From IMG/VR virus record IMGVR_UViG_3300011102_000151, positions 1 to 47,957 of that record: a DNA stretch of 47,957 nt, one strand, 5' to 3'. Of the stretch, positions 9,209 to 18,227 are shown in pieces. Source of the stretch: a virus. Taxonomy: Duplodnaviria; Caudoviricetes. A program made the translations under genes and the position numbers. The first letter of the stretch is position 1. The number at the start of each line of letters is the position of its first letter. Under the pieces are notes generated by a model. It had not been told where the DNA came from, searched no databases, and saw nothing but the letters and a program-made list of their open reading frames with translations.

Positions 9209-9649
9209 TCAAGGGGAATAATTCTGCAGTAAATCCGTGAACTCCGCATCGCTGCGGACGATCAGCGCGATGCCGCCGGCGGCCGCCACCTGTTCGCGCC
9301 AGTTATTCTGTTCAGCGGACGCGCGGCCGCGCGCCGTCTTGGTTTCGACGGACAGGAACACGGCCACGCGGCGGCCGACCATTTCGGGGGTGATGGTGAT
9401 GGAATGCCAGCCGATGCCGTCGCCAGATCCGACGAACAGACCGGCGTGCAGCGGCCGGGCGTTTTCGATCAGCACCGCGCCATCGGGCAGGCGCACGGCA
9501 TGGCCAATCCAACCCTGGCCGACGTTATTGCGAAACAGTCTAACTCCCGGCAGCCGGCCGGCAGCCAGAAGAACGCGCTTCCAGATATTCGTCTCGCTCG
9601 CCGGGGCCTGCCGCGGCGGTGGCGGCATTGTCGGTTTTCTGGTGGTCAT
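9209..9649 (-). CDS. VRR-NUC domain nuclease
   Basis: RNNVG...GSGD..G...VETKT..GR.S.EQ. Confidence 0.85.
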   Translation of the reverse strand: MTTRKPTMPPPPRQAPASETNIWKRVLLAAGRLPGVRLFRNNVGQGWIGHAVRLPDGAVLIENARPLHAGLFVGSGDGIGWHSITITPEMVGRRVAVFLSVETKTARGRASAEQNNWREQVAAAGGIALIVRSDAEFTDLLQNYSP

Positions 9650-11370
9650 GCTGTAGCGGTGCGCCTGTCTGCGTTTTCGTTATCGTTCGCACCCATGAAC
9701 TGCAGGTGGCCCAGTTCGCTGCGCAGGCGTTCGATTTCTTCGCGCAGCGCCTTCGGTTTCAGACCGTTGATCGTAGTGACCGGATATTGGCCGCCGGCGT
9801 CGATGAACTGGTGCGCCAGGTCACGCAGCTCGTTTTGAAGCCGTTCCTTTTCCTCGCGCGCCTGCAGAACGTGCATCGCGCGTTCTTTCGACATGCCTAT
9901 CGCCATCAGCTGCGCCAGCGTGCGCGCCTCACCTTGCGCCTTCCTGGCCTGCATGGCTGCCGCGGCTTCCGGTGTGATCTCCACCAGCTTGCCGTCCACC
10001 TGTTCGGGCAGCGCGGTCCCGGTTTCGAACACATGATCGCATATCGTGCCGTCAGGTTTCACCAGCCCGCACACCTGGCGCGGCTCGGCGCAGCCATAAC
10101 AAATCGGGCACTGCGTAATCGAAATTTTCGGCCCGTTGTCGTTCGCGGCGCGCGTTCCGCGCTTCCTGCCCTTTAAATCCCAATCCCTGTCCGCCATCGG
10201 CGATCCGTGCTTCGGTTCGAAGCCCCGTTCTGTTTGAACGCCTACGTTGCCCACATGGTCGATCAGGATGCCGAACGGTTTGTCCGATGCCGCGATCGCG
10301 GCCAGGCGCCCTTCGCATGTCGATAGGTCGAATCCTGGCGCGTATACCGGCCGCGCCACCCGGCCCGCCTGCTGCAAGAACAGCCCTTCGGATTCGGTGT
10401 ACCGCAACATGATAGCCACTTCCGCGACCGGAATGTCGGTGCCCTCGCCGGCGATATCGACAGTAACGATCCCGTGCAGGCGACCATCGGCAAGGCCGGC
10501 GATCCTGCTGTCGCGCAAATCTTCGTCCATGTCGCCGATCACGACCTCGAACCGCCACCCGGAAGCCTTGAACGCTTCGGCGACGTGTTCCGCGTGCCTG
10601 ACGTTCGTGCAGAAAACGATCGCCGGGCGCCCCGGCGCGATTTCGGAATAGTGCTTCACCGCGTCGCCAGTAACATGCGGCTTATCAAGTATCTGCGCCT
10701 GTTCGTCGGGATCAATGTCGCCACCCTTGCGGTGGGCCTGCGACGGGTCCGCCTTCCGTGGCGGCACGATGATGCGGAACGGCACCAGATAGCCGTCCTC
10801 GGCCAGTTCTTTCATCGATGGGCCGAGAATCATTTTGTCGAATACGTCGCCCAGGCCCTGGCCGTCAGTCCGGCACGGCGTCGCCGTCACGCCGATGATG
10901 ATCGCGTTCGGGCAGGCTTCGATAATTCGCGCCCATGTGCCGGCGACGGCGTGGTGCGCTTCGTCGATGATGATGATTCGCGGGTTGAACCGTTTCAGCC
11001 AGTCCATGCGCCGCGCCAACGTCTGGACGCTGGCCACAGCCACTTCGGCGGCGTCGTCGACCATCGGCCAGCCGATCTTTTCGACGTGCGCGCGGCGGAT
11101 GGCGGCGATTTTGTCGGGCGGGGCGACGATGCGGTGACGCACACCAAGGCCCCCGACCGCCAAGCTGGCCTGGCGCAAAAGTTCCTTGCGGTGTTCCAGT
11201 ATCAGAATTCGGTTTCCGCGTGCCGCAGCGCCGCGCGCCATGGCTGCGTATGTGACAGTTTTGCCGCCGCCGGTGGGCAGCACGAACAGCGGCGCCTTGA
11301 ATTTTTCGGCCAGTGCGCGGCGAATATTGTTCAGGCCGGTTTCTTGGTAGGGGCGAAGCGCTATCGTCAC
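9646..11370 (-). CDS. SF2 DEAH-box helicase with C-terminal Zn ribbon
   Basis: LRPYQ, PTGGGKT, DEAHH, TATP, QQAGR motifs. Confidence 0.95.
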   Translation of the reverse strand: MTIALRPYQETGLNNIRRALAEKFKAPLFVLPTGGGKTVTYAAMARGAAARGNRILILEHRKELLRQASLAVGGLGVRHRIVAPPDKIAAIRRAHVEKIGWPMVDDAAEVAVASVQTLARRMDWLKRFNPRIIIIDEAHHAVAGTWARIIEACPNAIIIGVTATPCRTDGQGLGDVFDKMILGPSMKELAEDGYLVPFRIIVPPRKADPSQAHRKGGDIDPDEQAQILDKPHVTGDAVKHYSEIAPGRPAIVFCTNVRHAEHVAEAFKASGWRFEVVIGDMDEDLRDSRIAGLADGRLHGIVTVDIAGEGTDIPVAEVAIMLRYTESEGLFLQQAGRVARPVYAPGFDLSTCEGRLAAIAASDKPFGILIDHVGNVGVQTERGFEPKHGSPMADRDWDLKGRKRGTRAANDNGPKISITQCPICYGCAEPRQVCGLVKPDGTICDHVFETGTALPEQVDGKLVEITPEAAAAMQARKAQGEARTLAQLMAIGMSKERAMHVLQAREEKERLQNELRDLAHQFIDAGGQYPVTTINGLKPKALREEIERLRSELGHLQFMGANDNENADRRTATA

Positions 11371-11822
11371 GGCGCGGCGCCCCCGGACGCCGGCAGCAGC
11401 TGCGCTTCGTTCTGCATGAAATCCAGCACTGTGCGCCCACAGGGCAGCATGATCTGACCAAGGAACGCGCCTTCGAACGACAGAACGCCGGTTTCGATGG
11501 CGGCCACCTGGCCCTTGATCCAGTCGCGCAGGATCGAATAGACGGCGACGCTGGCAACGTCCAGCGCCTTGCGTTCGTGTTCGGTGCGGGTGCAGCGCGT
11601 GCGCGAACCGTAGGGGTGTTCTTTCAGCCAGGCGGCGGCGTAGCCCTTGATCGACGCTTTCACGCTGACCGGCATGTTCCGGTATTTGAACTGCACAAGC
11701 ACTTCGCCGGCTTCGTCGTCGATCATGCTGCCGAACGATGAACAGCCGAAGCCGCGCAGGATCTTCTGGATTTCGCCCAGCGCCTTTTCGCCGGCGGTTG
11801 TGTTTTCGTATGGCAGCGCCAC
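11367..11822 (-). CDS. Conserved hypothetical phage protein
   Basis: 151 aa coupled to helicase. Confidence 0.7.
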   Translation of the reverse strand: MALPYENTTAGEKALGEIQKILRGFGCSSFGSMIDDEAGEVLVQFKYRNMPVSVKASIKGYAAAWLKEHPYGSRTRCTRTEHERKALDVASVAVYSILRDWIKGQVAAIETGVLSFEGAFLGQIMLPCGRTVLDFMQNEAQLLPASGGAAP

Positions 11823-12074
11823 TTATCCACCCCCTGCGCCACCGGCGCCATCCTGTTCGGCCGTCGCCGGCATCAGTTCATCGGGAATTTCCACCGCATG
11901 CAGGTGCGCCAGCACCAGCGACCGCAGCATCGCTTCCGGGTCGAACGGCAGCACCTGGCCATCCGGCTGGATCACACACACCACACCATCCATGATGCAC
12001 GCCGGCTGGCCATACAGCGCGCAAACGGCCCACGCCAGCGCCTGGCCGCGCAGTTCTAGTGTCCGCACTTCCAT
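11823..12074 (-). CDS. NinX/DUF2591-like protein
   Basis: EL.G.AL.WAV N-terminus and VEIPDEL C-terminus. Confidence 0.6.
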   Translation of the reverse strand: MEVRTLELRGQALAWAVCALYGQPACIMDGVVCVIQPDGQVLPFDPEAMLRSLVLAHLHAVEIPDELMPATAEQDGAGGAGGG

Positions 12075-12076
12075 GG

Positions 12077-12415
12077 TCAGCCCCCGGCCAGCGCGCGTTC
12101 CAGTTCCATGGCGTTGCGCTTGATGTCGCGCGCGATTTCCAGGGGGTTCCGCGGCGCGTCGGCCTCTTCGCCCAGCGCGTCGAACTCGGCGCGGTACTTC
12201 TCCGGCAGCGTGCCGCGCTTGTCGGCGACGCGCAGGATCGAAGCGCGCAGCCGTTCATAGCTGCCCGGCGCCGGTTCGGAACCTTCCGTCAGCCAGCGGT
12301 GCGGTGTGCTGGTGGCCATGCGGATGCGCCGACAGGCCGCATGGACGGCCACCTTGCATTCCGCTGCAAGGTTATAAACCTCCCGCCCCTTATTACCCTT
12401 TTCATCTTTTATCAT
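12077..12415 (-). CDS. Putative HTH (Cro-like) regulator
   Basis: VHAACRRIRMATSTPHRWL resembles an HTH; first gene of leftward operon. Confidence 0.55.
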   Translation of the reverse strand: MIKDEKGNKGREVYNLAAECKVAVHAACRRIRMATSTPHRWLTEGSEPAPGSYERLRASILRVADKRGTLPEKYRAEFDALGEEADAPRNPLEIARDIKRNAMELERALAGG

Positions 12416-12420
12416 CGAGC

Positions 12421-12650
12421 ATCACCGAATATCACCGGAAGTTGTAGCGCGCATTATTGCGCAACTAATTCGATAGTGCAACGCGGTGACAAGATATCCG
12501 CCGGGAAACGGCGGTAAATCGATAGGGGCCGCGTGATATCGGAAAAACCGAAATGCGATATCGGGAAATCCGGTGATAATTCTATGAGAATTTTTTAATC
12601 GCACTGGTTGCAGCGCCGATTTCCATTGCGCAATAATGCGCGCAACGGTT
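12421..12650. promoter_or_regulatory. Divergent early control region
   Basis: Leftward TTGCAC-17-AATAAT; rightward TTGCAG-18-AATAAT; 18-bp inverted repeat 12447-12464/12626-12643. Confidence 0.75.
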
Positions 12651-12667
12651 CAGATGAGGACGCCGCG

Positions 12668-13981
12668 GTGTCGATAAATGTTGCCAGGGTCAAAATCAAA
12701 AACATCTTGGGGATAGAAGAATTCGAACTATCGCCGGGGAAATTCACAGCAATTACAGGCCGCAATGGCGCCGGCAAAACGTCGATTCTGGAAGCCGTAA
12801 AGTCCGCGCTGCGCGGCGGACACGATGCCACGCTGCTGCGCAACGGCGCCGACCGCGGCGAAGTGGTGCTGGTGCTGGACGATGGCACCGAGATCGCCAA
12901 GCGGGTCACCGCCAGCGGCAGCACGCAGGCTGTGCGCGACGCGAACGGCGGCAAGGTGGCGCGGCCAGCCGACGCCATCCGCGCGCTGATCGATGCGCTG
13001 TCGGTGAACCCGATCGAATTCCTGGCGGTGCCGAAGAAACAGCAGATCAGCGCGCTGCTGGAAGCCATGCCGATGCGCGCTGACGTGGCGCGCCTGGCCG
13101 AAATCACCGGCCGGCAGATCGCCGGCGAACTGGCCGAAGCGCATGCGCTGGATGCGATCGATACCGTATACAAGCTGGTCTACGACGATCGCACCGGCCT
13201 GAACCGCGCGGCCAAAGAAAAGGCCGGCACCATCAGCCAGCTGGAGGCCACGATACCGGCGGCGCTGGCCGACTGCGACGCGGTGGACGAAACCGCGCTG
13301 GAGTCGGCCATGGAAGCCGCCGACGCGGCGCGCGACGCCGAGCTGGCGCGGATCGATGGAAAACTGGCCGGCATGGAAACCGGATGGTCGGCAACGCTGG
13401 ACGATCTGCAGGTGCAGATCGATACCCTGCAGGCGAAGATCGCTGCCACCAAGGCCGAACGCGAAGAAACCCGCGCCCGCGCTGAGAAGCAGCGTCAGAT
13501 CACCCGCGACAAATGCGCTGCCGAGAAACAGGGGCCACAGGAACAGCTGGCGCTGATCCGCGCCAACCGCGACGCGGCTGCGAAGGCCCGCGCCACGCGC
13601 GAGACCATCGACAAGATGGCCGAAGAGCTGGACGGCCTGAAAGGTGAAGCCGAAGCCGCGACCGCGGCGCTGGCGGCGCTGGACGCCTACAAAGCCGAAC
13701 TGCTGGCCGGCCTGCCGATTCCCGGGCTCGAAGTCCGCGACGGCGAAATCTACTTCAACGGCGTGCTTTTCGATCGCCTGAACAGCGCCGAACAGGTCAA
13801 GGTAGCGGTCGAAGTCGCCAAACTGCGCGCCGGCAAGCTGGGGCTGGTCTGCGTCGACGGGATCGAACGGCTGGACCCGGCCGCGTTCGAAGCGTTCCGC
13901 GAACAGGCGGTGGCCAGCGACGTGCAGCTGGTGGTGACGCGCGTCGGCGATGGCGATCTGGCTGTGGAAGTGGCGCCATGA
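12668..13981 (+). CDS. SMC/Rad50-like AAA ATPase with coiled coil
   Basis: GRNGAGKTS Walker A, long coiled coil, LNSAEQ signature, CVDGIERLD Walker B; GAGGA RBS before GTG 12668. Confidence 0.85.
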   Translation: MSINVARVKIKNILGIEEFELSPGKFTAITGRNGAGKTSILEAVKSALRGGHDATLLRNGADRGEVVLVLDDGTEIAKRVTASGSTQAVRDANGGKVARPADAIRALIDALSVNPIEFLAVPKKQQISALLEAMPMRADVARLAEITGRQIAGELAEAHALDAIDTVYKLVYDDRTGLNRAAKEKAGTISQLEATIPAALADCDAVDETALESAMEAADAARDAELARIDGKLAGMETGWSATLDDLQVQIDTLQAKIAATKAEREETRARAEKQRQITRDKCAAEKQGPQEQLALIRANRDAAAKARATRETIDKMAEELDGLKGEAEAATAALAALDAYKAELLAGLPIPGLEVRDGEIYFNGVLFDRLNSAEQVKVAVEVAKLRAGKLGLVCVDGIERLDPAAFEAFREQAVASDVQLVVTRVGDGDLAVEVAP

Positions 13982-14193
13982 TCCGCGCAGCGACGATTGC
14001 CATGCTCGCCATAATTGCCGGCTGCGACTCGCCATCGATGGCGGAACTGCGCCACCAGCAAAACCTTTTGCGAAGCGCCCACGATAACGTGACCGTTTTC
14101 CACGACGAAAAACGGAAGGTTACTTGCTGGATTTACGCGAACGGATATCAGGGAGGAATCTCCTGTCTGCCTGACGGACAGGTGCAGCCATGA
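13978..14193 (+). CDS. Small putative lipoprotein
   Basis: Hydrophobic signal with IAGC lipobox; VTCW..GISC. Confidence 0.6.
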   Translation: MIRAATIAMLAIIAGCDSPSMAELRHQQNLLRSAHDNVTVFHDEKRKVTCWIYANGYQGGISCLPDGQVQP

Positions 14194-15029
14194 CCCCCGG
14201 TTTCTACACCGCAGCCGAACTATCGAACGCGGCCTACCACGGCGGCGCCGGCGTCAGTAACAGCGGCCTGAAACTGATCGGAGACCGCACCCCCGCGCAC
14301 TTCTATGCGCGATATCTTGACCCGAACCGGCGCGCCGACGCCGGCAGCCGGCCGAAGTTCATCGGCACCGCGCTGCACGCCGCGGCGCTGGAACCTGACA
14401 AGTTCGAAGCCGAATACGTGGTGGCCGAAGGCTTCAGGGATCGCCGAGCCGCCGGGTTCAAGGCGTGGTCGCAGGCGCAGCAGCGCTTGATCCTGATGGA
14501 ACACGAATTCGAAAACGTGCTGGGCATGCGCGCCGCGCTGCACAACCACCCGGCGGCGCGCAGCCTGCTGGCCGATGCGTTCGAATTCGAATATTCGGCC
14601 TACGCGCACGATCCAGAAACAGGCGTGCTGGTGCGCATGCGCATGGATCTGATGACGAACAGCGGCTGGATCGTCGATCTGAAAAAATGCCAGGACGCCA
14701 GCCAGGAAGGCGCGGCCAAGGCGATGGCGAACTACGGCTACCACCATCAGGATGCGTTCTACACGGACTGCCTGGCATGGGCATGCGGCGAACCGCCGGC
14801 CGGCTTTGCCTTCGTGTTCGTCGAGGAAGAACCGCCGCACGCGGTCGGCGTGTACGTGCTGGACAGCGACGACCGCGACCGCGGCCGCCGTCTGTATCGG
14901 CGAAATCTGGAAATCTACGCTCACTGCTTAGAGCGAAACGAATGGCCCGCGTACAGCCCGGAAGCGCTGATCGTGGAACTCCCGTACTGGGCGCGGCGCC
15001 GAATTGATGACACCGTAGGAGTGATTTGA
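14190..15029 (+). CDS. RecE/exonuclease VIII-like PD-(D/E)XK nuclease
   Basis: S.SGLK, GTALH, R.RMD, IVDLK, YHHQDAFY. Confidence 0.9.
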   Translation: MTPGFYTAAELSNAAYHGGAGVSNSGLKLIGDRTPAHFYARYLDPNRRADAGSRPKFIGTALHAAALEPDKFEAEYVVAEGFRDRRAAGFKAWSQAQQRLILMEHEFENVLGMRAALHNHPAARSLLADAFEFEYSAYAHDPETGVLVRMRMDLMTNSGWIVDLKKCQDASQEGAAKAMANYGYHHQDAFYTDCLAWACGEPPAGFAFVFVEEEPPHAVGVYVLDSDDRDRGRRLYRRNLEIYAHCLERNEWPAYSPEALIVELPYWARRRIDDTVGVI

Positions 15030-16072
15030 CCATGAACGAAATCGTAACCCGGGAAGAAACAGGCCCTGCTGGCGCGTTCGCGCGGAATCAGCCGCCGGCG
15101 CCAGGCGCAAACGTCGGCGCGGTCGCCATCGAATCAGAACGCGCGATTGCGGAAGCACAGGGACAGCTGGTGCTGGCGAAGCGTTTTCCGCGCGATCTGG
15201 ACGCTGCGCACGATGAACTTATGCGGTCTTGCAGCATGCTGGCGTTTGCGAACGTGGCCTTCTACAGCGTTCCCCGCGGCGACAAAACCGTTTCCGGTGA
15301 ATCAATCCGGCTGGCCGAAGAACTGGCCCGCGTGTATGGCAATTTCGAATTCGGCCACCGCGAGCTGTCGCGCAGCGGCGACAAGTCCGAAGTCGAAGTC
15401 TACGCCTGGGACAAGGAAAAGAACAACCGCAGCATCAGGCAGATCACGGTGATGCACGTCCGCGACACCCGGCAAGGGTCATACAAACTGCGCGACCAAA
15501 AGGAAATCGACGACAAGATCGCAAACGTCGGCAGCAAGCAGGTGCGCGGTCGTATCTTGGCGCTGATGCCGAAATGGCTGGTCGAAGCCGCGAAGGAACG
15601 GTGCCATCAGACGCTTCTGGAAGCGGCCGACAAAGATGGCATAGCCAAGCGGCTTCCGAAGATGGTGAGCGCGTTCGCCGCGTACAAGGTGACCGAAGAA
15701 CAGCTAACCGAATACGTAGGTCGCCCGCTCCAGACGATCACTTCCGAAGAATTCGTCGAGCTAACCGGCATCTATAACGCGCTGCGCGAAGGCGCCAATC
15801 CTGCGGACTACTTCGGGGGTGTCGCAGCAACAGCAATGAACGACAACGAACCGCAAGCCAAGGCGCTGCCGGCCGCCACCGCCGGCCAGGCGCCGCACCC
15901 TGCCGCTGCAGCGGCGAAGCGAAAGCAATCGGCCAAGACTCAGCAGGAGGATGAGAAGCCAGCAGAAACCGCCAAAGACTTCGCACCTGCGCCAGCCCCG
16001 GCACCACAGCCGGCGCCGGCGCCCGCGCCCGAACCTGCTGCCGCGGAAGATCCGCCGGGCGTGATGTTCTGA
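15026..16072 (+). CDS. Putative single-strand annealing/recombination protein
   Basis: Coupled to exonuclease; AKRFPRD, G.SIRLAEELAR motifs; Pro/Ala-rich tail. Confidence 0.6.
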   Translation: MTMNEIVTREETGPAGAFARNQPPAPGANVGAVAIESERAIAEAQGQLVLAKRFPRDLDAAHDELMRSCSMLAFANVAFYSVPRGDKTVSGESIRLAEELARVYGNFEFGHRELSRSGDKSEVEVYAWDKEKNNRSIRQITVMHVRDTRQGSYKLRDQKEIDDKIANVGSKQVRGRILALMPKWLVEAAKERCHQTLLEAADKDGIAKRLPKMVSAFAAYKVTEEQLTEYVGRPLQTITSEEFVELTGIYNALREGANPADYFGGVAATAMNDNEPQAKALPAATAGQAPHPAAAAAKRKQSAKTQQEDEKPAETAKDFAPAPAPAPQPAPAPAPEPAAAEDPPGVMF

Positions 16073-16137
16073 CGCCGCCGGGGCTACCGGCACAACACGG
16101 TCGCCAGGGATGGCGACCGAAACACACTGAGGGAACG

Positions 16138-16356
16138 ATGAATGAGACCAGCCCGCGCTATCTGACACCGGAGGAACTATCAGCGCGGTTCCGCGATAGA
16201 ATCAGCGTTCGGACGTTGGCGAATTGGCGATGCCTTGGCCTCGGCCCGAAGTTCGTCAAAGTGGGGGGCCGAATCCTGTATCCGGCCGATCAGGTGACAG
16301 CCTGGGAGCAGGCGCGCACGGCAGAAAGCACAAGTGGCTATAGGGCAACAGGCTAA
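16138..16356 (+). CDS. AlpA/excisionase-like winged HTH protein
   Basis: YLTPEEL...TLANWR..G.GPKF.KVGGRILY. Confidence 0.85.
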   Translation: MNETSPRYLTPEELSARFRDRISVRTLANWRCLGLGPKFVKVGGRILYPADQVTAWEQARTAESTSGYRATG

Positions 16357-16588
16357 GACAGCCCGCGCGTGGGCGGCCGAAATCGTTTCCGCATGGATCG
16401 AAGGCCGCCCCACTGCGCCGTTGGTGGCGCAGATACCTGAACACCTGCAGCCGCTGTCGTCGGCCCTGGCGCGCAGCACCTGCGAAGCGATCAAGGCGCA
16501 CGCCAGGGCGCCGCTTCCTGAATACGGAAAGAATCTGCAGCGCTTCGCGGCGCTGGTCGAACGCTACAAGGCGTTGCGACAAAAATAA
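16334..16588 (+). CDS. Hypothetical protein
   Basis: 84-aa ORF in operon. Confidence 0.5.
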   Translation: MAIGQQAKTARAWAAEIVSAWIEGRPTAPLVAQIPEHLQPLSSALARSTCEAIKAHARAPLPEYGKNLQRFAALVERYKALRQK

Positions 16589-16604
16589 TACGGGGGAACA
16601 TGGT

Positions 16605-16919
16605 TTGCGGTACGCCTGCAGGTGCAGCAATTCGAAATGCCGCGCGCGCCGCGCGCTGCCGCGTCACCCCTTCGACTACAGGCGGCCGCCGCGGTGCCTG
16701 ATCTGCGGCACCGAACTACGCATTGACGGCCACCGCCAGGCGCAGCGCCGGCGGCGCCCACAGGATCGCACAGACCCCGCCCCCGTCTGCTACTGCGACG
16801 GCGCGCACTATCCGCACAGACGCGGCTGGGTGGCGCTGTGCATGCACTTCGAAGATCGGCTGATAACCAGCGCGCTGCGCGGCCGTGGGTGCGCAGGCGC
16901 GGCGGAACCGGGATTTTGA
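16605..16919 (+). CDS. Cys/His-rich putative Zn-binding protein
   Basis: CRC..C, CLIC, CYCDG.HYPHR; TTG start. Confidence 0.55.
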   Translation: MRYACRCSNSKCRARRALPRHPFDYRRPPRCLICGTELRIDGHRQAQRRRRPQDRTDPAPVCYCDGAHYPHRRGWVALCMHFEDRLITSALRGRGCAGAAEPGF

Positions 16920-16933
16920 TCGAGGACCGAAGA

Positions 16934-17305
16934 ATGGATATCGAACGCGCGGCGTTCGCCGCACTGGCCTACTACGCCGCCTGCTTGGCCTGCTGGGTGC
17001 CAGCGATCCTGATCACGAACCGGACGGACAGAACGACTCCGGCGGTATTCATCCTGCCGCTGGCGCCGGCTGTGGTGCTGCTGCACGTCCTGCGGCGCAT
17101 GCCGACCACGCGGCTGGTGCTGGCGTTCGTGGCGGGCGCCGTGCTGTTCGTCCTGGCCGGCTGCGACGGCTACGAACAGGCGCGCGTCTCGAGCCGGCAC
17201 TATTGCGAAATGGTGGATCTGTATAAGCGCACCGGCGGCGATAGAGGATGGCCGGCATACCGCGGTCAGCGCGAGTGCGCCGAATTCACAGATTCAGGTT
17301 TTTAA
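16934..17305 (+). CDS. Hypothetical membrane protein
   Basis: GAGGA RBS; three hydrophobic segments; YCEMV..W motif. Confidence 0.6.
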   Translation: MDIERAAFAALAYYAACLACWVPAILITNRTDRTTPAVFILPLAPAVVLLHVLRRMPTTRLVLAFVAGAVLFVLAGCDGYEQARVSSRHYCEMVDLYKRTGGDRGWPAYRGQRECAEFTDSGF

Positions 17306-18227
17306 CCGTCGCGTAGAACGTCGCTATACGGCTGCCGTCGCTGCGCTCGATCGTCAGGCGGCGCAGCAGTCCGAGCGTGGTTCCCACGGCATCGTCGTCA
17401 ACCTCGAACCAGCCGTCGGCATCCGTCGTGCCAGCATCGCCGCCGACCAGCTCGGCGCCGCGCGCGGTTTCACGAACCGACCAGATCAGGCCGGCTTCGT
17501 TGGCGATCAGCTCGCCGGTGTCGGTGTCGCGCAGCTGCAGCCGCAGGCCGTAGTTCGGCACCGGCGCAGTGGCTTCGAACACGTCGGAACCAACTTCGGT
17601 GGCGGCCAAGTCGCCAGCCACAACAACATCGCCGGAAATATCGGCCGCGTCTGCACCGGCTTCGGTCGCCGCCATATCGCCGGTTACATCGGTGCCGATA
17701 TTTTCGACGATCCGCATGGCCGACAGGCCGGCGTATTCCCATTCTCCGGCGCCGATCGAAAAGTCGATAACGATGCTGCCGCCAACCGGCGAAACGCCAG
17801 ATATCGTTCCGACCTTAGTTTCGTCGCTGCCGAAACCAACAATGTCGACGGACTGAGACCCGATAACGATGTGCGTCGGGTTGAACACGATGCCGGCGTT
17901 GGCGCCGAACGTCAGATCGTAGGTGTTCGAATTGTTCAGGCCGGAAATTGTGATCTGCGCGGTGTTGACTTCGATCGTCCGAAGTCGCGCCATGGTTGAC
18001 ATTGGTCCCTGCGCAAATTCGGGACCGCTGTATGTGGCGCCGGTGCTGGTCTCGTCGTTAAAGTTCGCCGTAACGTCAATGTTCCAGCCGGTGTTGAAAG
18101 TGTCGGTCGCATCGCGCGCGTTCAGCACTGACCCGGCATTGCTGGGTGAATTCAGCGAGTTGTAAAAATTTACCCCGTCCTCAACCTGCGACACAGACCC
18201 ATTGATGTTTATGTAGACCGCAGTCAT
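17286..18227 (-). CDS. Putative virion fibre/adhesin protein (beta-rich domain plus two module repeats)
   Basis: Gly/Thr/Asn/Val-rich; GDMAATEAGAD and GDLAATEVGSD repeats. Confidence 0.6.
   Translation of the reverse strand: MTAVYININGSVSQVEDGVNFYNSLNSPSNAGSVLNARDATDTFNTGWNIDVTANFNDETSTGATYSGPEFAQGPMSTMARLRTIEVNTAQITISGLNNSNTYDLTFGANAGIVFNPTHIVIGSQSVDIVGFGSDETKVGTISGVSPVGGSIVIDFSIGAGEWEYAGLSAMRIVENIGTDVTGDMAATEAGADAADISGDVVVAGDLAATEVGSDVFEATAPVPNYGLRLQLRDTDTGELIANEAGLIWSVRETARGAELVGGDAGTTDADGWFEVDDDAVGTTLGLLRRLTIERSDGSRIATFYATVKNLNL

Noticed and set aside
15985-16035. Pro-Ala tandem repeats (also in primase linker and terminase tail)
   Set aside because: Ordinary low-complexity linkers
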